A stretch of DNA of 64,000 nt from Pirellulales bacterium (lineage in GTDB: Bacteria; Planctomycetota; Planctomycetia; Pirellulales; UBA1268): the NCBI GenBank assembly GCA_965249545.1, contig CBDFMH010000005.1, positions 1,095,116 through 1,159,115 on the forward strand, given 5' to 3'. Position numbers and translations under genes: made by a program. Positions 43,789 to 52,612 of this stretch are shown here, one piece after another; positions within the stretch are counted from its first letter, which is position 1; each line of letters begins with the position of its first letter. The notes beneath the pieces were generated by a model. The model did not search any database. It was not told the origin of the DNA and was given only the letters and a program-made list of their open reading frames with translations.

Positions 43789-44356
43789 GGGTGGATCGAG
43801 CCATTCGATGAGGGCGATTCGAGGCTTTTTTTCCTCGAATCATTTCAAGTTTTTGAGTGCCTGTTGTGACTGCCGTCATTCGCTTATTGAGTGTTGCAAT
43901 CAGCTTTGTAGCTTCAGCTTGTTTCCCGATTTTTTTTCCCACGAGAGCAATGTCATCGATGAGTTCGTGGAGAGATTGTGGAGCTAGAGCAAGCACATCG
44001 GGGTGGCCACCGTGTGGTAAGCAAAGTGAAGCAGCAATGCCGGCGACCGCTTCAACATCGACTGCACAAATGCTGCACGCCGATTGAGTGATAATAAGAT
44101 CAGGAGAGAGCTTTTGAAGCAGCGATTCATCGAGTGAAAACAGTGGCACTGAGTCACTGTTCTTGATTGCTTGATCAATCTCAACGCTGGAAGCTGTTGA
44201 ATCAATTTTTGGAGCTGTCAGTACAGGGAGGCCTGCAACATTTTGAGGCCAATCACATTCGTGTGATCGCCCCACAAGCAAGTCATTTGCATCGAGGGCA
44301 GATACAATTTCCGTCGCCGCGGGTAGGAGTGAAACAATTCGTTTAGTCATAAGCAT
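43736..44356 (-). CDS. Periplasmic binding protein (BtuF/FhuD-like, cobalamin/iron-chelate ABC type), N-terminal fragment
   Basis: Motifs: KRIVSLLPAATEIVSALDANDLLVGRSHECDWP...LSPDLIITQ.... The tail of the listed ORF (ASNRPHRMARSTHVGRQ...) is out of frame. Confidence 0.65.
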   Translation of the reverse strand: MLMTKRIVSLLPAATEIVSALDANDLLVGRSHECDWPQNVAGLPVLTAPKIDSTASSVEIDQAIKNSDSVPLFSLDESLLQKLSPDLIITQSACSICAVDVEAVAGIAASLCLPHGGHPDVLALAPQSLHELIDDIALVGKKIGKQAEATKLIATLNKRMTAVTTGTQKLEMIRGKKASNRPHRMARSTHVGRQLGAGNDSYGWGR

Positions 44357-44727
44357 CCTCCCGTTCTTTCTCCTGGGGCAGCCAAAAGAATGAAATCTAC
44401 CAACAGAATGAAAGAAACCGGGCGTCTTGGTTTTTGGTGTTCAACGAAGAATTTAACGATCTAGCGAGATTTTCTACTTGGGAAAGGTTTTTATTCAAAA
44501 ATAGAACCAAACCAAATGATTGATGGCTTCGTAGGCAAGTGATACCGTCACTATCAGGCAAGGTGCGGAATTAGTTGGCTCAGGGACGAATAACAACCGT
44601 AACAAAAGCACATTGTAGTCGTTGTTTACTTGTTTCGAGATATCCTGCTGGGGTGAGGGTCTATCGAACCGGGAACCGTTATATACAGAGTCAAATTAGC
44701 TTTGGCCTTTTGGAAAGATGAATAATT

Positions 44728-47700
44728 ATGAGGTTTTCTGGCTGGCTTGGATCCGTGCATTTTCTCTTTGCGTCACGATCCGGTGGGTTGAAACGATCTC
44801 GAGTCGGTAAGAGAGATCGCCAGCGCGATCAAAGTGCTTTTCAAAAAGTCGAAGGACTTGAGCCACGAAAAATGCTGGCTTTCGAATACGTGGCTTCGTA
44901 TATCGAAACTGAATCGCCATTTCATCAGGCCGGAGATGTGGCGACACCATCGCTCGATATTTCACCTCAACAGGTTGTTCTGAGGTTTACGCCAGAAACG
45001 GAAATTGACCCATCATCTCTTATTGGGGGAATAACTGTCGAGCGAAGTGGCCGTGCGAATGATCCGTTTGGTGAGACTGGGTCGTTTCAAGATGTCACTG
45101 TTTCTCCTGGTGCAATTGTTGTCGATGATGCCCCAAATGAGAATCAGGTCGTTATCCGCTTTGCAAACAGCCTGCCTGATGATACCTACCAGATTACAAT
45201 CAGTGGTCTGACCACACTCCCGGATGACACGGGTGCTATCGAGCAGTTTAACAATGGTTCATCGATAACAGTTCCATTCCGACTGAGTCTGGGGCCAAAT
45301 GTGGTGTCTGTTGTGCCTCAGCCAATCGATCGTCCGAACCTAGTCGGTGATCCAGAAGATCTCACGCTGAGTCAATCGGCTAATGAGATTGTCGTCTATT
45401 TTGATGGCAGTGAACCGATGGACCAGGCGTCGGTTGAGGATACAAGCCTCTACCAACTCATCGAAATTGATGAGGCCACTGCCGCAGAGCAAGGCGTCGG
45501 TGTGTCCCCTACAGCTGCAACGTATTCGGCTGCAACGAACAGTGTTGCGCTTGAGTTTGCATCAATTGATGACAATAAAACGTTTCGGCTTGAAATAGGC
45601 GGCTCGGGTGTACCTGTTGCGCCTAGTGCTATCGCTGAAGCCGGAGCCGGAACTTCCTTTGCGACCGCTCAGAATGGGCTTGGGGACGTAGTCACACCCA
45701 ATGTCTTGCCCTCTGAAGGGGTTTTGATCGACGGGGTTATCAGTACTATTCCAACAATTACCTCAACTGCACCGGTTGTTGCAGGTGAGAATGAAGAACT
45801 CAATTTCCCTGGCAATGCCGGCTCGATCAACGAATCAGGGCACCGAGACATACCGGTTAATTTGGGCATGGAGCGTCACGGTCAAACTCTTCCTGTAGGC
45901 CCCGCCACCGAAATTCCAACACGGTTCTACAACTTTAGAACGAACTATGGAACAGATCCCCAGGGGCAGCCTCTCGCGAATCAAATTACTGAAACACAGA
46001 AGCAACGAACTCGAGAAATTTTTGAAATCTTCAGTCGATATCTCGGTGTTCAATTTGTTGAATCTGCTGATCTGGCGACACCAGCGAATGACACCATGAC
46101 GATTGCGACTGGTGATTTACGAGCTTTTGATACGACGATTCCGACGACTCCGGCAGGCCTTGCAGGACAGACAAGTGCAGGGAATGTGGCCATCATGGAT
46201 TCAACTGAGAATTGGGGTCTCAGTGAGTATGGTGGGTTCTGGTTCCGAACGGCCATGCAACAGATTGGTGAGCTTCTTGGCCTTCACCATTCATTTGATC
46301 TGCCATCGATCATGGGAGGTGGTTTAAACGGCGAAGCAGTTTTCCCCGGCGACTATGACCTTGTTGAGGCCCGGCAGCTGTTTCCGAATGCTGGGTCAGA
46401 TATTGACCTTTACACGTTCACCTTATCCGGTGACGGGTCGTTTACTGCTGAAACCATAGTGAACCGTCCTGGTGATCCTGTTACCAGTAAACTTGACACC
46501 GTACTCACTCTTTACCGTGAAGATCCGGCCACAAATGAACGGGTTATTGTGGCACGAAATGATGATTCATTTGGAAGTGATTCACGGATCGAATTAGATC
46601 TCACAAAAGAAAACAGTGTGGGTGACGATTTCATTTACTACGTTGCCGTGACGGCAGCAGGCAATGATCAGTTCAATCCGGAGATCGAAGAGAGTGGCTC
46701 CGGTGGACAGAGTCAGGGTGCCTATCAACTTGCGATAAAGCATGTTGATAAGGCGTCATCGACCAATACCGTGACAGATGCAAGTGGAACGCCACTTGAT
46801 GGTGATCGAGACGGTCAAGCCGGTGGAGTGTTTACGTTCTGGTTCCAAACGGCCGAGGCGAGCATAGCACCAACGAACAGAACACTTTATGTCGACAAAA
46901 TTGCAACCGCTGCATGGGCAACGGTCACTACTGAGGCAACAAACACGGCCGAACTTACAGTAGATGATGCCACGGGAATTACCGCTGGCATGCGAGTCTA
47001 TGGCTCGAATATTCCTGAGGGTGTAACTGTTGTTGGTGCGCCTGTTGGAAACGTCATCACCATGAGCGAGGCTATTCCACCAACAGCAATAGTCGCTGCG
47101 AACACAAGCCTTCGATTTGCGACCGCTGAAGTAGATCAGGACGGATCGCTCGCGAACCCATTCACAACAGTGCAGGCTGCAATTACAGAGGCGAATTCAT
47201 TTACTACAGATATTCGAATCATCCGGATTGTCGGAAACGAAGGCAACGAGGTTTCCAGTGGATTGGTGGCAAACTCGAGCTCAGTTGAGAATCCGCATCA
47301 CTACTATGTTGGAAAAGATGACCAGGGAAATATTCTGAGCGATGGTGAAACGTTCATCGTCCCCGCTGGTGTCACCGTGATGATCGATGAAGGTGCGTCA
47401 TTCCGTATGCGACGTTCCATTGTTGAAGTAGGAAGTTCTTCACCACTCTCAGGTGATAGTCGAGCGGGTGCCAGTTTGCAGGTTCTTGGTGTCCCGAATA
47501 AACCGGTTCAGTTTAGTTCGACTGATCGACAGTTTGACGCAAGTGCTGGTCCAGCACCGTTGCGTTCACGTGGGCACTGGGGTGGACTTGTTTTCCGTGC
47601 CGATTCTGATTGGCAGGGAGATGTCGGTCGGGAAGTACTCCGCCCATTTCTGAATACAGTCAACGGTTCAGTAATCAGCTACGGTGGTGGTCAGGCGGTT

Positions 47701-50700
47701 GTTGATTCTCAAACTCAGGCGTTCGCATCCATTCAGATTGAAGGCACCCGGCCAAGTCTTGGGTTCAATACCATTACAACTGCTGCGGGTGCGGCAATTG
47801 CAGCGACGCCGCAGAGCTTTGAAGAGGGGAATGGTCGTATTGGTGTTGATCTACGTGGCAATCAACTCTTTGATAACTCTGTCAATGGCGTCTTCCTTCT
47901 TATTGATACGGAGTTTGGTTCAGGTACTGAAAAACTCGATATTTCAGCACGGTTCAACGACACAGAAGTTGTCCATGTCCTCCAGGAAAATCTCTTTATT
48001 GAAGGTGGGGCTGGTGGATTTGTTCGAGATAGTAATGGTGTTGAGAGCATTCGTCCGAGTGGTCGGCTTCAGATTGATCCAGGTGTTGTCGTCAAATCCT
48101 ATGGTGGTCGCATCGAACTTGAGAGAGGTCGGTCTCAGTTAATTGCCGAAGGCGAGGGGTACGACAAGGTTGTCTTTACGAGTTTTGGAGATAATCGGTA
48201 CGGAGCAGGGGGCACATTTGATTCCAATGGGAACTTGCCAGATACCTACGCTGCTGGTGACTGGGGTGGCATCGTTGGCAATGTTGGGTCGGATATCAGC
48301 ATAGATAATGCCTACCTTGCACATGCCGGTGGCCTCGTTGCGATTGAGGGAGGCTTTGATCGATTCAATGCAATTGAAACGCACCAAGGTGATCTACGAT
48401 TAGCGAATACTCGTATTGAATTTAATGCAGATGGAAATGCAACCGGAACGCGGAATGCACGCGGAGGCAATGAGGCAGCAACAATTTTCGTTCGTGGGTC
48501 ACAGCCGATCATTGCTGGTAACGATCTTCGCAACAACGCCGGGGCAACGATATCGATTAACTCCAACGCACTAACAGATGAAGTGCAGGCTGACTATGGT
48601 CGGCAGACGGGTGAGGTTGAGCGATTTGATCAGTTTGACCTCAATCAGGGGCCACTGATTCGTGAGAATCGAATCTCCGACACTCTTGGAGGAGACTCGT
48701 CGGTCACCAGTGAATTTACAATCGACGTCATTTTTGGCACTGGCTTAAACGCCAATGTAGAAACAGCAACAGCAGCTGCCGTTACCAGATGGGAAGAAAT
48801 TATTATTGGTGATCTGAGTGATCAAGGAGAAATCGATGATTTCCAGATAATAGTTCAAGCCGGTCTGCTCGGGGACCCTGATAGTGACGGTACTGGAGGG
48901 GTGTTGGCTAATGCTGGTCCACGACTCCGACGTTCAGCGAGTGACCCAAATCCATTTCTCCCTTACACGGGCGAAGTTGGTGTCGACATGGCCGACACTG
49001 GCAATGTTCAGCAACTTACTGAGGTCATGATCCATGAACTTGGGCATGCACTTGGGTTTGTAAGTAATGTACTTGATGACTTCAACTACCTCGACGCCAA
49101 CACAAATTTCCTTGGTCCGCAAGCGCTGGCTCAATATCAAAAAGTTAGTCCTGGTGCACAAGCCATTCCAATGCAGGTAGGGGGAAGCCATTGGGATGAG
49201 ACAGAGTTTGGTGTTGAAATCATGACGCCAAGTTGGAACCCAAACAGCGTACTAAGCATGCTCACTGTAGGTCTGTTTGATGACCTTGGTTATGAAGTGA
49301 ACTATGCGAGAGCTGATCCCTACACGACACCTGGTGGTACAGAATTATTCCCACCCGCTGGGGCTTCGGCGGGTAGTGCGATTGCTGGGATGGACATCCG
49401 AGCTGAAGAGGTGACCGGTGAAAAGGTCTGGGATGATGCGGACATCGTTCATGTGCTTCGAGACACTATTGAAGTAAACAATTTTCATACTGAGACAGGG
49501 CTGAAACTTTTAAGTAACAGTCAGTCAAGTCTTGTTGTGAAACTCGATAGTCCAGATGCAGGACTTACAGCCTCTGGTGAAGCACTGGATATTCGTGACC
49601 GGATTGGTGGGTCGGTACAAATCGTTGGTCAGCCAGGTTATCCCGTTGTTCTGACATCACTGGCGGATGATACCGTGGGTGCAAGCCTTGATATCAATGG
49701 CTTTCCAGTCTTTGATACGAATGCCGACGGCACAGATTCAACGCCTTCGGCAGGAGATTGGAGAAGCCTGAAGTTTGACCCACTTTCAAACGATCGAAAT
49801 GTGGGAGTTTTTATTGAGTCAGAGCGGGCGTATACGGCAGGTCTTGATGTAAACAATACTACCAATGTTGCAGAATACGTCGGCATCATCGCACCAAACA
49901 ACCCAGAGACCAATCTTGTTGGTCAAACGAACACGTTTGAATCAACGCAGGAAAAAAATGGTGACGATGCTCAGCGGCTCGGTTTTGAAGTGCACGGTAC
50001 CATTGCCGCTGATGACCCAACGGATGTCGATGTCTACTCGTTCTACGGTTATGGTGGATCTGAGGTTTGGTTTGACATCGATAAAACTTCAGATGCATTA
50101 GATACCCAACTGGAAATTCTTGACGCCAGCGGGAATGTCTTAGCACGATCATTTGACTCAATGAATGATATTGGCGTTGCCCGAGCAAATGCATCAGCAG
50201 ATGTGGCAGAAAATGCCGGTGGTGAAGCAATTGTTGTGGGGCCTGAGCAGGTAGTTACGGGCGTCGTTGGCGTTGCCAATGGTATTGCTGCTGCTGTTGA
50301 AGGTGTTGAGCAGGCAGTGACTGGTGTTGTTGGTGTTGCCAATGGTGTTGCTGCTGCTGTTGAAGGTGTTGAGCAGGCAGTGGCCGGTGTTGTCGGCCTT
50401 GCAAATGGTGTTGCTGCCGAGGTGAATGGATTCGAGGCCAATGCAATAGGTGTGTGGGCAGAAATTGACGCAGTACAGACCGACGTAACTACGCTCACGA
50501 TTGATACCAATACTTATAACGATCAGCTTGTCGGCGCTGCTGTTCTTAGGAACGGTGCGCCTGAAGGGCTCACTGTAACCGGCATCGAAGGGGATGCGGT
50601 AAGTCTTTCTGGGACGATAACTGTAGCCGTGGATGATATCGTCAGCTTTATTTTCCCAAATGCCACTGCGGTAACGACTAATCGTATTGTCCTTGATGAC

Positions 50701-51384
50701 GCCAGTGGTGTTGTGAATGCCGTCAAAGTGGTGGGTACAGGTATAACAGGGCTGACTCGGGTCAGTGACTCCGACCTGCCGAGTGATACGGTCGAGTTGT
50801 CGGAGCAAATCAGTGTTTCGAATGCCAGTAGTTTTGGATTCGGCTTTAACTCTGACACTATCACGCTTGATACGAATGACCTTGATGGCGCGGTAGCAGG
50901 CGCAGTAATTGCTGTAAATGGCGTGGCTACGGTTTTCACTGTTGATAGCATTGCAGCTGGCAGTCTGACTGTGACGGCACCAGGTACTCTTGATGTTGCC
51001 GACGGCGACGTGCTTGGCTTTGCGTTTGCTGGAGCTCCAGTCACAACAGATCACATTCGTGTCGATGATGCAGCCTTAGCAACTGTTGGTGCAGCCGTCA
51101 CGGTAAACGGTGTTGCAACTGGTGAGACGGTTGCAGCTGGTGGTATCGACCTTGTTGCGAACACTGTTCGTCTGAGCGGTGATATCACGATAGAAGATGC
51201 TGACTTCGTTGACTTCTCGTTTGCTGGCACGAAGACCACAACTCGTGTCACAGTTGGTGACGCAACCGGCATTGCAGAAGGCGTTCTTGTAAACGGTGCG
51301 GTTGGTATCGATCGGCCGGAACACGTGTTGCGGTTGGTGGACTCGATCTGTTTAACCCGCTTGATCCGACAGCTGGTGCAGTGA
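44728..51384 (+). CDS. Giant secreted multidomain protein, part 1 (degenerate metzincin-like motif, PPC-like domains, beta-helix region, leishmanolysin/M8-like domain, repeat modules)
   Basis: The N-terminus is ...KRDRQRDQSAFQKVEGLEPRKMLAFEYV. Other motifs: MQQIGELLGLHHS (46252-46295), DIDLYTFTLSGDG... (PPC-like), VMIHELGHALGF (49033-49059 holds HELGHALGF) plus GGSHWDETEFGVEIMTP. The last ~23 codons are out of frame after a 2-nt insertion at 51314-51315. Confidence 0.8.
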   Translation: MRFSGWLGSVHFLFASRSGGLKRSRVGKRDRQRDQSAFQKVEGLEPRKMLAFEYVASYIETESPFHQAGDVATPSLDISPQQVVLRFTPETEIDPSSLIGGITVERSGRANDPFGETGSFQDVTVSPGAIVVDDAPNENQVVIRFANSLPDDTYQITISGLTTLPDDTGAIEQFNNGSSITVPFRLSLGPNVVSVVPQPIDRPNLVGDPEDLTLSQSANEIVVYFDGSEPMDQASVEDTSLYQLIEIDEATAAEQGVGVSPTAATYSAATNSVALEFASIDDNKTFRLEIGGSGVPVAPSAIAEAGAGTSFATAQNGLGDVVTPNVLPSEGVLIDGVISTIPTITSTAPVVAGENEELNFPGNAGSINESGHRDIPVNLGMERHGQTLPVGPATEIPTRFYNFRTNYGTDPQGQPLANQITETQKQRTREIFEIFSRYLGVQFVESADLATPANDTMTIATGDLRAFDTTIPTTPAGLAGQTSAGNVAIMDSTENWGLSEYGGFWFRTAMQQIGELLGLHHSFDLPSIMGGGLNGEAVFPGDYDLVEARQLFPNAGSDIDLYTFTLSGDGSFTAETIVNRPGDPVTSKLDTVLTLYREDPATNERVIVARNDDSFGSDSRIELDLTKENSVGDDFIYYVAVTAAGNDQFNPEIEESGSGGQSQGAYQLAIKHVDKASSTNTVTDASGTPLDGDRDGQAGGVFTFWFQTAEASIAPTNRTLYVDKIATAAWATVTTEATNTAELTVDDATGITAGMRVYGSNIPEGVTVVGAPVGNVITMSEAIPPTAIVAANTSLRFATAEVDQDGSLANPFTTVQAAITEANSFTTDIRIIRIVGNEGNEVSSGLVANSSSVENPHHYYVGKDDQGNILSDGETFIVPAGVTVMIDEGASFRMRRSIVEVGSSSPLSGDSRAGASLQVLGVPNKPVQFSSTDRQFDASAGPAPLRSRGHWGGLVFRADSDWQGDVGREVLRPFLNTVNGSVISYGGGQAVVDSQTQAFASIQIEGTRPSLGFNTITTAAGAAIAATPQSFEEGNGRIGVDLRGNQLFDNSVNGVFLLIDTEFGSGTEKLDISARFNDTEVVHVLQENLFIEGGAGGFVRDSNGVESIRPSGRLQIDPGVVVKSYGGRIELERGRSQLIAEGEGYDKVVFTSFGDNRYGAGGTFDSNGNLPDTYAAGDWGGIVGNVGSDISIDNAYLAHAGGLVAIEGGFDRFNAIETHQGDLRLANTRIEFNADGNATGTRNARGGNEAATIFVRGSQPIIAGNDLRNNAGATISINSNALTDEVQADYGRQTGEVERFDQFDLNQGPLIRENRISDTLGGDSSVTSEFTIDVIFGTGLNANVETATAAAVTRWEEIIIGDLSDQGEIDDFQIIVQAGLLGDPDSDGTGGVLANAGPRLRRSASDPNPFLPYTGEVGVDMADTGNVQQLTEVMIHELGHALGFVSNVLDDFNYLDANTNFLGPQALAQYQKVSPGAQAIPMQVGGSHWDETEFGVEIMTPSWNPNSVLSMLTVGLFDDLGYEVNYARADPYTTPGGTELFPPAGASAGSAIAGMDIRAEEVTGEKVWDDADIVHVLRDTIEVNNFHTETGLKLLSNSQSSLVVKLDSPDAGLTASGEALDIRDRIGGSVQIVGQPGYPVVLTSLADDTVGASLDINGFPVFDTNADGTDSTPSAGDWRSLKFDPLSNDRNVGVFIESERAYTAGLDVNNTTNVAEYVGIIAPNNPETNLVGQTNTFESTQEKNGDDAQRLGFEVHGTIAADDPTDVDVYSFYGYGGSEVWFDIDKTSDALDTQLEILDASGNVLARSFDSMNDIGVARANASADVAENAGGEAIVVGPEQVVTGVVGVANGIAAAVEGVEQAVTGVVGVANGVAAAVEGVEQAVAGVVGLANGVAAEVNGFEANAIGVWAEIDAVQTDVTTLTIDTNTYNDQLVGAAVLRNGAPEGLTVTGIEGDAVSLSGTITVAVDDIVSFIFPNATAVTTNRIVLDDASGVVNAVKVVGTGITGLTRVSDSDLPSDTVELSEQISVSNASSFGFGFNSDTITLDTNDLDGAVAGAVIAVNGVATVFTVDSIAAGSLTVTAPGTLDVADGDVLGFAFAGAPVTTDHIRVDDAALATVGAAVTVNGVATGETVAAGGIDLVANTVRLSGDITIEDADFVDFSFAGTKTTTRVTVGDATGIAEGVLVNGAVGIDRPEHVLRLVDSICLTRLIRQLVQ
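50245..50433 (+). repeat. Three tandem 63-bp (21-aa) in-frame repeats
   Basis: The units are EQVVTGVVGVANGIAAAVEGV, EQAVTGVVGVANGVAAAVEGV and EQAVAGVVGLANGVAAEVNGF. They start at 50245, 50308 and 50371. Confidence 0.85.
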
Positions 51385-52612
51385 TCGAACTTGATGCACC
51401 AGTTGATATTCTGAACACCGACACCATTGGGTTCGGCTTTAACTCTGACACCATCACGATTGATACAAACGACCTTGATGGTGCGGTTGCAGGTGCAGCC
51501 ATCACCCTAAATGGTACTGCGACTGGTGAAACAGTAACCGGCATTGCGGCTGGTGAGCTCACGGCTAGCGGTGATATAGATGTTGCTAATGATGACGTGC
51601 TTGGCTTTGCGTTTGCTGGAGCTCCAGTCACAACAGATCACATTCGTGTCGATGATGCAGCCTTAGCAACTGTTGGTGCAGCCGTCACGGTAAACGGTGT
51701 TGCAACTGGTGAGACGGTTGCAGCTGGTGGTATCGACCTTGTTGCGAACACTGTTCGTCTGAGCGGTGATATCACGATAGAAGATGCTGACTTCGTTGAC
51801 TTCTCGTTTGCTGGCACGAAGACCACAACTCGTGTCACAGTTGGTGACGCAACCGGCATTGCAGAAGGCGTTCTTGTAAACGGTGCGGTTGGTATCGATC
51901 CCGGAACACGTGTTGCGGTTGGTGGACTCGATCTGTTTAACCCGCTTGATCCGACAGCTGGTGCAGTGATCGAACTTGATGCACCAGTTGATATTCTGAA
52001 CACCGACACCATTGGGTTCGGCTTTAACTCTGACACCATCACGATTGATACAAACGACCTTGATGGTGCGGTTGCAGGTGCAGCCATCACCCTAAATGGT
52101 ACTGCGACTGGTGAAACAGTAACCGGCATTGCGGCTGGTGAGCTCACGGCTAGCGGTGATATAGATGTTGCTAATGATGACGTGCTTGGCTTTGCGTTTG
52201 CTGGAGCTCCAGTCACAACAGATCACATTCGTGTCGATGATGCAGCCTTAGCAACTGTTGGTGCAGCCGTCACGGTAAACGGTGTTGCAACTGGTGAGAC
52301 GGTTGCAGCTGGTGGTATCGACCTTGTTGCGAACACTGTTCGTCTGAGCGGTGATATCACGATAGAAGATGCTGACTTCGTTGACTTCTCGTTTGCTGGC
52401 ACGAAGACCACAACTCGTGTCACAGTTGGTGACGCAACCGGCATTGCAGAAGGCGTCCTTGTAAACGGTGCGGCGGGTATCCCAGACGGTACACGTATTG
52501 CGGCAGGTGGACTCGACCTATTTGACACGCTTGATCCGACAGCTGGCGCAGTGATCGAACTTGATGCACCAGTTGATATTCTGAACACCGATACCATCGG
52601 GTTCGGCTTTGT
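51007..52612 (+). repeat. About 2.7 tandem copies of a 585-bp (195-aa) in-frame repeat, near-identical
   Basis: The string ggagctccagtcacaacagatcacattcgt occurs at 51031, 51618 and 52203. The spacings are 587 (including the 2-nt insertion) and 585. The peptide GFAFAGAPVTTDHIRVDDAALATVGAAVTVNGVATGETVAAGGIDLVANTVRLSGDITIEDADFVDFSFAGTK... recurs. Confidence 0.9.

Noticed and set aside
44357-44727. A cobalamin riboswitch upstream of the BtuF-like gene, or an ECF-type promoter (GGGAACC...GTC near 44670) for the giant gene
   Set aside because: I could not find the B12-box (GCCACTG) or the conserved core on either strand. The -35/-10-like match has non-canonical spacing and is too weak to call.
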